DNA of 64,000 nucleotides. Source: the human T2T-CHM13v2.0 reference genome, Homo sapiens. A program made the position numbers and the translations under genes. Shown here one piece after another: positions 33,403 to 46,108 of this stretch (position 1 is the stretch's first letter; each line of letters opens with the position of its first letter). The notes beneath the pieces are model-generated. The model saw only the letters and a program-made list of their open reading frames with translations. It searched no databases and was not told the origin of the DNA. Location of the stretch: the NCBI RefSeq assembly GCF_009914755.1, contig NC_060925.1. The stretch is one strand, 5' to 3'.

Positions 33403-33932
33403 CAGTAGTCCCCCTTTATCTGCTGTTTCTTTTTCTGTGGTTTCAGCTTCCCACAGTCAACTGCTGTCCAAAAATATTAAACGGAAAATCCAAGACATAA
33501 TTTATAAGTTTTAAGTTGCATGCTGTTCTGAGTAGTGAGATGAAATCTCACGGCATCCCACTCTGTTCTGCCGAGGACGTGAATCTTTCCTTTGTTCAGT
33601 ATATCCCATGCTGTATACACTACCTGCCTGTCAGTCATTCAGTAGCGGCCTATGTTATCAGATTGGCTGATCATTGTATTGCAGTGCTATGTTCAGGTAA
33701 CACTTATTTTACTTATAGTGGTCCCAAGGTGCAAGAGTAGTGATGCTGACATATTATTATAACTTCTATTTTATTATTCTTATTGTTAATCTTACTATGC
33801 CTAATTTATAAATTAAACTTAATCATAGGTATATATATATAGGAAAAACATAGTGTTATATAGGGTTCAATACTAGCCCCAGTTTCAGTTGGGGGTCTTG
33901 GAATGTGCCCCCCACAGATAAGAGGGGACTAT
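33403..33932. mobile_element. MER44 (Tigger7-derived, TcMar) MITE
   Basis: TIRs cagtagtccccctttatc / gataagaggggacta; internal gcatgctgttctgagtag, caagagtagtgatgctg. Confidence 0.85.
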
Positions 33933-34379
33933 ATTCTTATAGAAGAAGAGTTTGATTTTTTAGGACGTTATTTCCTGTTCAAACCATTGACCCACTCTTT
34001 GAGATAAGTTATTCTGAAGCTTTCATATAAGTAAAAGCAATTAAATTTTGCCACCAGCACCATCCTCAACCATTCTGAATTATAAAGTGTTAAAATTAAG
34101 AACAGGAAGAATGGAAGTATTCAATAAAAAATGAAGTATTTTCAGTTCCATATTGTCATCAAATAAGGGTGGGAAAGGCAAAGGAGAAAATCAATAAGTA
34201 TGGAGAAGAAAGAAATGAGTAGATAGAACAAAAAAGATGAGAAAGGAAGCCATATTGAAGTCAGGAGAGAGTGCAGAGCAAGAAAGGATGGGCAGAAAAA
34301 AAGAAAACAAGAAAGGAGTTTAATGAGTGAGTAGAATGTGCTCTTGTTGCATTCTACTGCCAGTCTAAGCCATGGAATA

Positions 34380-35830
34380 GTTCACTATTCTGGGAAGTAT
34401 TCTTAAGATCATCAGTGACCTTCAGGTCATGAAATCTAATAAGCATTCTTTCAGACCTGTTCTTATTTGACCTCTCAGTGGTGTTTGACACTCTCAACCA
34501 CCAACTCTTTGTGAAACCTTTTTTTCCCTGAAAGCTGTGAGGTCGTGCTTTCTCGGTTCTCTTCTCATGTCTCTGGTAACTCCTGCTTTGTCTACTTTGG
34601 GTTTTTTGTTTTGTTTTGTTTTTTGTTTTTTAAGAGTTGGGATCTTGCTCTGCTGCCTAGGCTGGAGTGCAGTGGCGCAATCATAGCTCACTGCAACCTC
34701 ACACTCCTGGGCTTAAGTGATCTACCTGCCTTGGCCTCCTAAGTAACTGTGTTCATTTGACACAGTTTAGGAACTAAAGATCAGGTAAAACCAGCCAGTT
34801 CCTGAGCTGGAATTGAATCTGTTCAGAATGTCTGGGAACTAACTCCATTTTTACGTGTCAACCATACCTGGCTAATTAAAAAAAAAAAAAAAAAATTGCC
34901 TAGGCCAGTCTTGAACTCCTGACCTCAAACGATCCTACCTCAGCCTTCCAAAGCCTCGGATTACAGGCATGAGCCACCTCACCCCAGCCACCTTTGTTGT
35001 CCAGAGATGTCAGATTTTGTGAAAGCTCAGTCCTAGGCTTCCATTTCTTTTCATTCTACGACCCAGCAATTATATCTATCCCAATGGCCTCAGTTACTAC
35101 TCGCTGATGCCGCATGCCATCCTCTGGTGTCCCACATGTCAGTGAATAGCATCACCTTTTTTATTCCAGTTTTCCAAGTTAAAGACTTAGGAGTAATTCC
35201 TAATACCCCCTCTCCCTCACTTCCCAAATTCTTACTGTACTAAGGCCTGTCTATTTGACATCCTTTAATAATTTTCAAATCCATATTCTCTGCTGTCTTA
35301 GTCTGAGTAGGATTATCTCCCCCTTGCAGCACAATAGTAGCCCTCCATATCCTTGTTAAATTTGTTCTGTACACTGAAGCTAGGGTACTGTATCCTATGA
35401 AAACACAAATCCAGTCATGTCATTCTCCTCCATAGCATTATTTCCTGCTACTCTTAGGATAAAGACTAACATTCCCCAGGCCTACTTCTCCACCTCCCCT
35501 CTTATTTTTCAAACCCTCTGCACTTGAGCCACTGAGACTTTTGTTCAGATTCTCACAGGTACCATGCTCTGACCTTTTACTTCTCTGCTTAGTCAATTTC
35601 CATTTCATTCTTCATGTCTCAACACAAAGACTGTTTCTATAGAAAAAGTGATTATTGATATATGGTCTTGTAAGATTCTGTTCTTTTGCTTATAGCATTT
35701 ATCATAATTTGTTATTATGTATCTCTGAGACTGAAAACTCCCAAGAGGGATGGGACCTTGTCTGCTTTACTCACTGCTGTATCTCCAGCACCTGGCACAT
35801 GGTAGGGATTTCATAGATAATGGTTAAATG
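34380..35830 (+). mobile_element. L2 remnant interrupted by an AluJ
   Basis: ttgacctctcagtggtgtttgacac, ccaagttaaagacttaggagtaattcc, ctcactgctgtatctccagcacctggcacatggtagg. Confidence 0.7.
34600..34988 (-). mobile_element. AluJ containing a ~107-bp templated insert (34753-34859)
   Basis: Alu breaks after aagtaactg and resumes at accatacctggctaatt. Confidence 0.85.
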
Positions 35831-35954
35831 ACTTGAGTTTGTCCTTTCTCTAGATCTAGGGTATTTGTCATTTGTCCATAAATTTTGCTTCAGGAAATTT
35901 TAGGGCTCAGCATAATCTGATTAGGCTTCAACGATGAAGATAATGTTACATTTA

Positions 35955-36059
35955 TCATTCGACACAGTTTAGGAACTAAAGGTCAGGTAAAATCAGCTAA
36001 TTCCTGAGCTGTGGAATTGAATCTGTTCAGATTGTCTGGGAACTTTATTTTTACCTGTC
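35955..36059 (+). repeat. Second copy of the dispersed direct repeat 34753-34859
   Basis: gacacagtttaggaactaaag.tcaggtaaaa.cagc...ttcctgagctg..gaattgaatctgttcaga.tgtctgggaact shared by both copies. Confidence 0.95.
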
Positions 36060-36177
36060 CTGACAAGTCTTCTAAAAAAAGATACGTTGACTTAGCTCAC
36101 TTTTCAGCAAGCGTTTCAGTGCTTACAATACGCCAGACATTTTGCAAACTTTAATTGGCTATCCCCTTCATTTGTTT

Positions 36178-36242
36178 TTCTATTTTAATAGAATTTAATA
36201 AAATTCTATTAAATTTAATAAAATTCTATTTTAATAGAATTT
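36178..36242. repeat. Nested AT-rich palindrome / tandem repeat
   Basis: ttctattttaatagaatttaataaaattctattaaatttaataaaattctattttaatagaattt. Confidence 0.9.
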
Positions 36243-36887
36243 ATTTTAAATTTGGTTTTCAAGACCTATTTCACATGGGTACATATTTGTGTCTTTGAGT
36301 ATGATTCTTTAAGTAAAACACTTTGCAAATAAAATGATCATCTGAAAGATATTTTTTCATTTGATTGTAATTAGTTAGGTAAATTAAGGGGAATACATAA
36401 TTACACAGCTTAAAGATATTCAAATGCTATTGGAACAGGATTGGTGTCTCCATGTTCTTCCATTTCCTTCTATTCCCCCCTGATTATAATGGTACACAGT
36501 GCTTACAGCATACGCCTGATAATGTTAAATGAACACACATTATGTGTAGAATATGCAGAATCATGGGTAGTGGTATGTAACAAATGTTGTTAACTGATGA
36601 GATATAGCAAACGTGAATAAAAAAGGTTTAATTAACATGGATAAAGAAATTCAGTCTTTTGTTTTATAATGTAATGCAACTGACCTCTGCCCTGTGATGC
36701 AGACAAGAGCTGTTACAAGTTATCAAAAGTAAGTTTATGAAAAAGATCATTTTTCTTATTGATGTTGTGTCCCCCCATGACAGAACATGTAACAGAGTTA
36801 AGAGAATAATGTGTGACCTACCCTCTCAATCCAGATAAATATAGAAATTCTTGATAATTTAGTTATATGAGCTTGAGTAATATTTTA

Positions 36888-37187
<300 letters not shown>

Positions 37188-37322
37188 TTAAGTTCTGGAA
37201 GGGTTAGCAAGCAGGTTTACTTGTCTAGATTGAGAAAAAAGTGATTCATGGAAACTATGTTTGGAAACATAGGATAAGCACTCTGACTTGACAAAATGAT
37301 TTGTATTTAAAACCATATTGTT

Positions 37323-37602
37323 GGCAGGGCATAGTGGCTCACTCCTGTAATCTCAGCACTTTGGGAGGTCGAGGTGGGCAGATCACCTGAGGTCGGGAGT
37401 TTGAGACCAGCCTGACCAACATGGTGAAACCCCGTTTTTACTGAAAATACAAAAATTAGCCAGGCGCCTGTAATCTCAGCTAGTCTGGAGGTTGAGGCAG
37501 GAGAATCGCTCGAACCCAGCAGGTGGAGGTTGCAGTGAGCTGAGATTGTGCACTCCAGCCTGGGCGACAGAGTGATACTCTGTCTCGGGAAAAAAAAAAA
37601 AA
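37323..37602 (+). mobile_element. AluS (Sx/Sq-like) with small internal deletions
   Basis: Full Alu layout, poly(A) tail. Confidence 0.9.
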
Positions 37603-38581
37603 ACTTATTGTAAATGTGTGATATCAGAAATAATAAAGCTTTCCTCTCCAGATCTTATGAAAATAAAAGTGGACATGATATGTAGCAAATATGCTTGGTG
37701 TTTGAGCTTGATTTTTTTTTTTAAAGAGAGATTTTATTGCCATTACTGTTATGTAGGGTTTTTTTTTTTTTCAGACTTTTAGTTTTTATAGCTAGTCTAT
37801 TCATTTGGAGAATGTGGAAAAATAACTCTGAACACTTCCCACTAGTGAACATGTTAGGCTCTCAATAAAACAGTTTCTATAGTCAGTCATCCTGTATCAG
37901 TGTCAGCCAGAATTACCTAAAGGTATGAACAGTATTATGACAGTTACCTTTAAAACGATAGGCAACACTGGGCTTTTACATGGCCCTTTGTGTCAAGATG
38001 TGTTACAGATCAGTTTTGCTTCCTTTGTTTTGAAATGATTTTGATTTAGCCTTTTGTGAACCTTTGACTTTTCTTCCCATTTCACTAAGATAACTTCTTT
38101 TGCATGGTCTTTGAATAGTCTCATTTTTTAAAAAGTCCTAAGCATAAAAAGTAAGATTTTCCTTCTTTCCAACCCTTTCTGTGAAATTATAATTGTGCTA
38201 AAGTATCAGCTTAGATTTCAAGCAGTCCTCATGCCAAAGGTGTTTATTAAGTGTTTATATGTTTGTTACTGTGCTGTATTGTATCAATAAAGTAGGAACA
38301 CACAGGAGTCACATCTATTAAGTGCTTTTAAAGTGCCTGGTAACACTAATGTAAATCATATTTTCAATGTCATTCATATAAATAGTGTCAAGTCCTGCCT
38401 GCCCCCTCTCCACCAAAGCTAAGTATCTTAAATGCTAAGTATCTTACAAGATTACATCCCCATAGGAAGAGGGTGGAGTGTTTAGTCTTCATTTGTGACT
38501 GGTTTAAATGAATAGATACAGTTCTCCAAAGGTCCATTTATAGACCGGTCTTAACTTAAAATGTACATAATGTATTTGGGT

Positions 38582-38670
38582 ATTGACGAAAGAGTCAAAC
38601 TCTGTAAAATATTTAAAGCGTCTTATTCTGAGCCAAATATGAGTAACCAAGACCTGTGATACAGCTCTAG
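38582..38670 (-). mobile_element. MER4-group ERV1 LTR fragment
   Basis: gaaagagtcaaactctgtaaaatattt...ttattctgagccaaatatgagt. Confidence 0.7.
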
Positions 38671-38786
38671 GTGTGATAGAGTTAACTGGGTGACAACTGA
38701 AAAGTGAAATGAGGGTTGCCTGACATCTGAGAATCATTCTGGAGTGAGACAGTCTGTTAAGGAGTATTTGATCAGGAAGAAGGTAG

Positions 38787-39184
38787 TGATAAAAGAAAAA
38801 CCTCGGCTGAATTAAATTTAAAAGAATTTAATTCAGCAACTGACGGTTTGCCAATCGGGCAGGCCTCCCAGCCATAGTAGGCTCAGAGACTCCAGTGCAG
38901 CCACATGATGGAAGAAGATTTATGGACAAAAAAAGGAAAGTGATGTATAGAAAATGGGAGTGAGGTACAGAAACAGCTGGATTGGTTACAGCTCAGCATT
39001 TGCCTCATTTGAACATGGTTCAAACAGTTGACTACATTTGATTGGCCAAAACTCGGTGATTGGCGTAGGTGTAGGCTACGGTCTGGTTACACCTCCACTT
39101 GTTATAGTTCACCATGTACAGAAAAACCTTTAGCCAAACTTAAAATACGTAATGAGGCAGCTTTAGGCTAAACTTGATTTAACA
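38787..39184 (-). mobile_element. MER57-like ERV1 solo LTR with 4-bp TSD
   Basis: TG...CA ends; terminus gaggcagctttaggctaaacttgatttaaca; gtag at 38783-38786 and 39185-39188. Confidence 0.85.
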
Positions 39185-39545
39185 GTAGAGACTTTTCCTT
39201 TTTGTTCCAGACTTGTAAATTCTGCTGTCTGTTGAACTTCTCTCAACGGTGCATCACATTAAACATATCCAAACTCATTCTTCTCCCTTTCAGGCCACAC
39301 TTTTTCCTCTACTCATATTTTCCTGCTCATCTCCTTCACTCAGTTGCACATGTTACTTAGTACCAAGGCTTCCTTCTTTATATTGTTCATACCTAGTTCT
39401 TTTCCATTCTCATGGCTACTACTTTAATTCTAGCTCCTACTCTTGCCTAGGGTTCATGGACTGGCTCCCTCACTATTTTCATACTTACTCCCTCAAATCT
39501 ATATTCATACTGTTACTTAAGTAAACAAAAGAATTTTTTTTCTTA

Positions 39546-39839
39546 TTTTTTTTTTTTCTGAGACGAGTCTCGCTCTGTCGCCCAGGCTGGAATGCAGTGG
39601 CGCGATCCCGGCTCACTGCAAGCTCCACCTCCCCAGGTTCACGCCATTCTCCTGCCTCAGCCTCCCGAAGCTGGGATTACAGGCGCCCGCCACCACGCCC
39701 AGCTAATTTTTTGTATTTTTTAGTAGAGATGGGGTTTCACCGTGTTAGCCAGGATGGTCTCGATTTCCTGACCTCGTAATCCGCCCGCCTCGGCCTCCCG
39801 AAGTGCTGGGATTACAGGCGTGACCTACCGCGCCTGGCC
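39546..39839 (-). mobile_element. AluY, CpG-rich (young)
   Basis: gcaagctcc, gttcacgccattctcc, cgtgttagccaggatggtctcg. Confidence 0.95.
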
Positions 39840-40199
39840 AAAAATTTTTAAATTTCTATTACATCCCTCTTGCTTAAAACTCCTAAAACCACTCAGCTTT
39901 AAGGACTAACTTTAAGAAGTTGAAACTTAAATATGAGGACCTTCATAATGTGGTCCTTGTCTATCTTTCCAGCCTCTTCTCCTGTCACTTTTTTGCCTCT
40001 TCTTTTCACTCTGTCTTACTGGTGTTTCCTGAATTTATCATCCCTGTCACACCTCATTTTCTTCCCATGTTCTACTTTTTCTGTACTTTTCCACCCTCAT
40101 AATACTGCTTTCCCTTGTTTCTACTTCTCAGGGAAGCCTGCTCTAACTTTCCTATAGGGTTTAGATATTGCACCTCTTCTCTGCCCCATTAGCTTCCTA

Positions 40200-40452
40200 G
40201 CAAATGGGGTTAAATGCAGAGCTTGCTCCAGAGGCCTACTGTCCAGGTTAAAACTTTAGCTTCACTCTGCTGATTATGTCTTCTTGGGCAATTTACTAAA
40301 TATCTCTGTCTCTGTTTTCTCATATGTAAAATGGGAGTTACAAAAGAACTTCATAGGGTTGTTCTTGTGGGAGTAAATTGATGTATGTTAAACACTTAGA
40401 ATAATTGTGCTTGGCACATGTTAACACTTACTGAACATTAACCTATTACTAT
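40200..40452 (+). mobile_element. MIR SINE
   Basis: ttgggcaatttactaaatatctctgtctctgttttctcatatgtaaaatggg...cttagaata...tggcacat. Confidence 0.75.
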
Positions 40453-40619
40453 CTTGTGTATACCTCATTCATAGGACAGATTATTTGATATTGAACTTCT
40501 GTTTTACTTGTTTCTTCCTCTAGTACATTGTGACCCTTTTTTGAGGGCAGGAACTAAATCTTATCAACTTAAAGTTTATTTAAAAATATTTGAGCATCCA
40601 TTAAATCATTGATACTTGG

Positions 40620-40810
40620 CTAAGTCCAAATTACGGCCTGTTTTGTGAGACCCCTTTTTACATTTTTGTAAAATGTAAAAAGCCATTACCAACAAAAAGG
40701 AGGAAAAAAAAAAGAGGAAGAAGAGTATGGACAGAGAACATGGGCCAACAAAGCCTGAAATATTTACTACCTATAATTTTCTTAACAGAAAACATTTGCT
40801 GATCTCTGAG
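40620..40810. mobile_element. MER58C-like MITE
   Basis: caaattacggcc...caaagcctgaaatatttact...acagaaaacatttgctgatctctg. Confidence 0.6.
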
Positions 40811-42479
40811 CTAGACCTCTTGATGTTGATGTTACACATAACATGATTAGAATCCAGTAAATGTTTGCTGGAATGAATGGATGGTTGGGTAGATAGATAA
40901 ATGACTAGGATAAGAAGATCAGAATTGTGTGTATTGGTGATTATTTCTTAAGACGTGACAGCAATATGAAAGTCAGTGAAGAGTCTGAAATAGTTGCTTT
41001 CTCATTTGGTGACGTGAGACTAGACTATTTGCACTTTGTGGGTAGGAATGTTTTAGGGTCCTGTGTCTTTCTGTTGTGTTTGAGAAGTTGGACACAAGAA
41101 TGGTGTTCAAATTCCTGGTATTAACATGTGAAGAAGACAAGAATTTGCTATTTTCTATAGTTTGTACAGATGGAAAGTGTCAAGCGGTCTTCTGTGTTTT
41201 CCATTAAGCATTCCTTGCTGTTATTGCTAGGAATATCATAAAGGAGAGGATCCTCACTGTCATTTAATAAATAATAATAACAGCCTAAGTGGTTAATTTT
41301 GTTCCTTATCCCTACAGTAAACAAATAATAAATACTTTGAATTTAACTAGCTTAATATTCTGTTGGTGTAGAATTGTGGAGATAGATAAGGCTGAGTAAA
41401 TTCAGGCCAGATTCTTTAATATTTATTTTTGACCGCTCTTAGGGATTTTGACCAAAGCAATTTACCCTCTAACTGTCCTATTTTGTATTTGTGGTATCAG
41501 AACAATTTTTCTTCCTTCATTTTTATTTCCTTAATGATTCAACTTTCTGTCTGCTCTAAACAGTATATGTGTTAAAGCTAATGTCCAAATGGTAATAAAT
41601 TTTTTTTGTTATTAATTGATAATTGTTTGGATGTTGCTATTCTGAAAAGGACCATAAAGAGTATTTACACCAAGTCTTTAGTTTTACAGATAGGTCAGTT
41701 ATTTAAAAATCACAAAGGTTCTTGATAGTAGAATGACAGCGAAAAGCTGGTGCTCTGATAGACCATGCTGCATCTCCTACTGTCCTGGTTTTTTATATAA
41801 TAAGAGCTTACCATCTTCAGTTACATTGTTTTGCTGAACTTAAGCTGTGTATTGCACTCTTTCCATTGCTACCTGACAGAATAATAATGATCAAGACTTA
41901 AAATCTATTTCTAGTTTATTTTTTAGGTATTCGAAAATATTCTACTGTATTCACTTTGCCTTTCCCATTGTGAATGGTCCAAGAAACTTTAAAAAATATA
42001 GATACTGGTATAACTATGATTTGATACATTTTAATATAGGCAGTGTCAACATTTTGTGAATTTTATGTCAATATTAGATTATATTTTTCCTCTTCAAAGG
42101 GGCTTTTTAATGAAAATTGGGGAATAACTTGTTTCTAGTCTTGTAAAATCTTCCTTCATGGCACCATGAACTCTCATACATACAGTGGTAGACTTTCTAC
42201 TTTTATATTATCCTTAGCTGTTTTAGTTTAGAATTCTGTTAGTGCCTTTCACAATAAATGTTTGTTGAATTGAATTGAACCTTGTGAGTAGAACTGTTTT
42301 GCTTTGCTGTTTTGTTGCAAGTATAACAGAATAACTTGTCATTATTTGCTATCTATACTCGATTCATTTGTGTTCATAGTATTTTCAACATATTTTTCTT
42401 TGTTTACTTAAATGTGGAAATTATATTCTAAATCACTTGGCAGCTGTGATATGCAAGAGCAATAGGCTTATTAAGTTAA

Positions 42480-42668
42480 AAGATGAAGTTTATGCCTTCA
42501 TTCTGCCACTTGTATAGCATTTGTATTAGGACAATCAGCCTGAATCTTCTTTCCTCATCTGTAAAATAATGACTGCTTTATAGAGTTTTGTTAGGATTAA
42601 AAGGGAATCACATTTAAGCCTACCTAGCATGGTATCTGGTACATGGAGGGTGTTGAGTAAATGTTTAC
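42480..42668 (+). mobile_element. MIR SINE
   Basis: tctgccactt...ttcctcatctgtaaaat...aggattaaa. Confidence 0.7.
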
Positions 42669-42718
42669 CCGGTAAAAAATGGCGATATGTACTTTAGATG
42701 TATCTTAAGACTATTTTT

Positions 42719-43002
42719 GGCCGGGTGCGGTGGCTCACGCCTGTAATCCCAGCATTTTGGGAGGCCAAGGCGAGTGGATCACGAGGTCAGGAGATCGAGA
42801 CCACGGTGAAACCCAGTCTCTACTGAAAATACAAAAAATTAGCCAGGCGCAGCAGCAGGCGCCTGTAGTCCCAGCTACTTGGGAGGCTGAAGCAGGAGAA
42901 TGGCGTGAACCCCGGGAGGCAAAGCTTGCGGTGAGCTGAGATCGTGCCACTGCACTCCAGCCTGGGTGACAGACAGAGACTCCGTCTCAAAAAAAAAAAA
43001 AA
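42719..43002 (+). mobile_element. AluY with 12-bp left-arm deletion (AluYd / Yc3 lineage)
   Basis: gagatcgagaccacggtgaaacc instead of gagatcgagaccatcctggctaacacggtgaaacc; gaatggcgtgaacccgggagg. Confidence 0.85.
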
Positions 43003-44989
43003 GTATTTTTAATAAAGGTTTTATAGAATCACAAAACCTTAGATTTTAAAGGGATATCAGAGTTCAAGCCCAGTTTCCCTTTTAAGAATTAAATTTCTTC
43101 TCTGCCGTATCCTGGGCTAGTGCTCATTTATCAGTTGCTATTTAATTTCTTTGTGCAAGGCGCTGTGGTAGGTTTTTGGGAAGCTGCAGAGTTGATTTAG
43201 GACAGATACTCTTCTCAAGAAGGTTGTTCCGAGTAAGCTTCATGGAAGAAGTGGCAGTTGAGCTAGAACTTGAAGGATAGGGTAGAATCTGAATCTTTAT
43301 AGGGGTTGCCAACTGCAAGAACACAAGGAACAAAGGAGAGAAGAGTTTGGGCAGTTGCAGAAAATCATTAATAAATGAGTAATTTTATTTGACTGGATTA
43401 GGGAAGGTGAAGAAATAATGAAAGGTATGGCTGGAAAAGAAGATTATGGCCAAATAATAGAGATCCTGGATATATTGCAACAATTGGATTTCCTGGTACT
43501 CATCAGATGAAGTAAAATGAAACATTTTTAACTGGGGGTGATATAGTCAGTTTCATTCAGCTTTTTAATATATATGCCAAGTTTTAAATAGTTCTTTATT
43601 AATATTAACTTCTTGTAACTTTGATCTCTTTGCTGTAGTTCATTCTCTTTAGCCTTAGAGTCAGTCCCTCTTTCATCCTTCATGTCAAATCAGATACCTG
43701 TCAGTTTTGCCCCTAAAACACATGTAAAGTCTATCCTCATTGCTCCTGAGTTACTGTCTCATGTGGCACAGGATCAACCAGTAAGTTTCCATTCCTACTC
43801 TCCTGTTTAGAGCATTCATCAAAACCTCTGGTAGCCTTTATTGTCTTAAAAATATAGAGAGCATAGTGAAAACCATGTCACTGCCCTTGATTCTTATCTT
43901 CAAAATTATAGCGAAGTTAAGCAGTCTGCTAATTCTTATTTTCCTGTTGTAGCTAAAGCAGGAATCACTGAGGTAATAAGTTATTGTTTATGCATTACCT
44001 TATATTGTTGAGCACTAGAGATGTCTGTTAAAATCAGGGCAGAGAAATAGACAAGTAAACCACAGTGACAAGGTGGAGTAAAATAAGTACATACTTATTT
44101 TGTGTAGTGCTATGGAAACACAGAAGGGGCAAACAATACTGTTTTAAATCTTGCTTTTGAAGATGGAAATTATTGTCTTAAAGCTTATTCTCAGAGACTT
44201 GTGGCAATATAATGGATTAGATAACCTGAAAAATTCTGTGAAATGTCTACAAATGTCCATAACATTCGTTTACATGTTTTCCCTGCAAGCTCAAGGATGT
44301 GAAGGATTTCCCCAGGGCAATCGAAGAGAAAAATTAATGGTTATCAAGCTAATGCAGGCGCTGCCCTAAGTAAGGGCCTTTGTTCAAACCACACTCCAGA
44401 GCTTTGTGTTGTACTGGATCTTCTCGAGAAAAGGCTGGATTTTTCAGGGCAGGGAAATGGAGCTGAGGATCCCTGTATAGAGCTGTAACTCTTAAAGACT
44501 TTATACTCTTAGTAAAAGGGTAGGCTGGGGCGAACAACCACCCACCAGCAAAGTATACTGATGAAGGCTTGTCTTTCTTAGCCTTAGATCCAAATAGAAG
44601 TCTTCCCTGAAAATTTAAACCATAACTCTTTTAAAATACAGGTTTGCTATTTGAATTTGTTCACCTGTGTGGTCTGGGAAACCCAGAGATAAGAAACTAA
44701 AATGATCCTGAGCTAGAAGTGCCTCAACTGGAGCAGAGGCAAATATATGGCCTTTCTGAAGGAATGTGCTTTCAACACAAGCTTCTCATATTCCTCCAGA
44801 TTAAAGTTTTCCAATATTAGCCTGTAACCCAAAATGACAGAACCTAGGAAAAAAGACAACATCAGAAAGTTGCAGCAAAACAACCAACAAAGGAAAAAAA
44901 TAGTCATTGAAATTTAGAAACTTAATGGACAAGTTCAGCAAATAGATATGTTTTGAAGAATGGTTTAGGAAATTAACATATGTAGTACT

Positions 44990-45605
44990 GCTTTGTTTTC
45001 TCTGAGTCTCTTTTCTCTGAGATGAAAAATGCAAAAGAGAAGTTCAAAGTTATGGAAAATAGAATGAGGTTCAAAATGAATCTAATTGGAGTTACACAGA
45101 AAGAATAGGGATAGTTCTCAGCTGCTATCAGTTTAAATACATACTGGCTGAGATTTGATACAAGGCATGAATTCTCAGCTTTAGGAAGCACAATGAAACT
45201 CCAAGCGAGATAGGTAAAAATTCTGCACCTAGACACATTATCGTGAAAATGCAGAAAATCAAATATAAAGAGAATATCTTAATAGAGAGTAGAAAAAAAT
45301 AGATGATTGATCATAAAAGAGCCACATTTAACTACTCAGTAGCGATGATGGAAGCCTAAAGACGATCAAGTTATAAAATACTGAGAAAAGATAACTGCCA
45401 ACCTTAAATTTTTACCCAGGTGAACTTTAAGAGTAAAGATGAAATGACTTTTTGGACAAATAAAAACTGAGTTGGCTACCATCATACATTCTTTTAAAAG
45501 ATGTACTTAAGAGAGAAGGAAATTGAACTCAGAAGGAAAGACTGAAATGCAAGAGGGAATAATGAGCAGATATATTGGTAGCCTGTGGGTAAATCTAAGT
45601 AAACT
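44990..45605 (+). mobile_element. Ancient L1M ORF1 / inter-ORF remnant
   Basis: cacctagacacattatcgtgaaaatgcagaaa (PRHIIVK-like), aagagaatatctta, gaaatgcaagagggaat...ggtaaatctaa. Confidence 0.75.
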
Positions 45606-45856
45606 ACGCTTATTTTATGACCTTGGTACATAGTAAATGCTTGGCTAACAGATATATTATTCACCAGTTTTCCTGAAATAACGTGTTTTCTTATTCCATT
45701 GTGACAGACAGTGGAATTGACTTCATATTCAGAAATTAAAAGAAGCTGGAATCTCAACAGGATTCCTAACATGGTTAGTCTTATTTTTCAAAGTTAACAG
45801 ATACAGTGTCTTTAGGAGCTGACTTGGAGTGGCTAGGTTTCTTAAAAGTTTATGTT

Positions 45857-46108
45857 GGCCAGGTGTGTGAGCTCAGGAGTTCGAGTCTAGCCCAGGCAAC
45901 ATAATGAGGCCCCATCTCTACAAAAACAGTTAAAAATTAGCCAGGTGCTGTGGCCTGTGCCTGTAGTTCCAGCTACTCAGGAGGCTGAGGCAGGAGTGTT
46001 TGTGCCCAGGAGTTTGAGGTTACAGTGAATTGTTATCAGGCCACTGCACTCCAGCCTGGGTGACAGAATGAGACCCTGTCTAAACAACAGCAACAACAAA
46101 AAAACAAA
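45857..46108 (+). mobile_element. AluJ with internal left-arm deletion
   Basis: ggccaggtgtg jumps to tgagctcaggagttcgag; (caa) tail; TSD-like tttatgt. Confidence 0.85.

Noticed and set aside
34753-36059. Direct repeats as a CRISPR-like array or LTR pair
   Set aside because: Only two ~105-bp copies, no spacer periodicity, no TG...CA ends or TSD, and the DNA is primate
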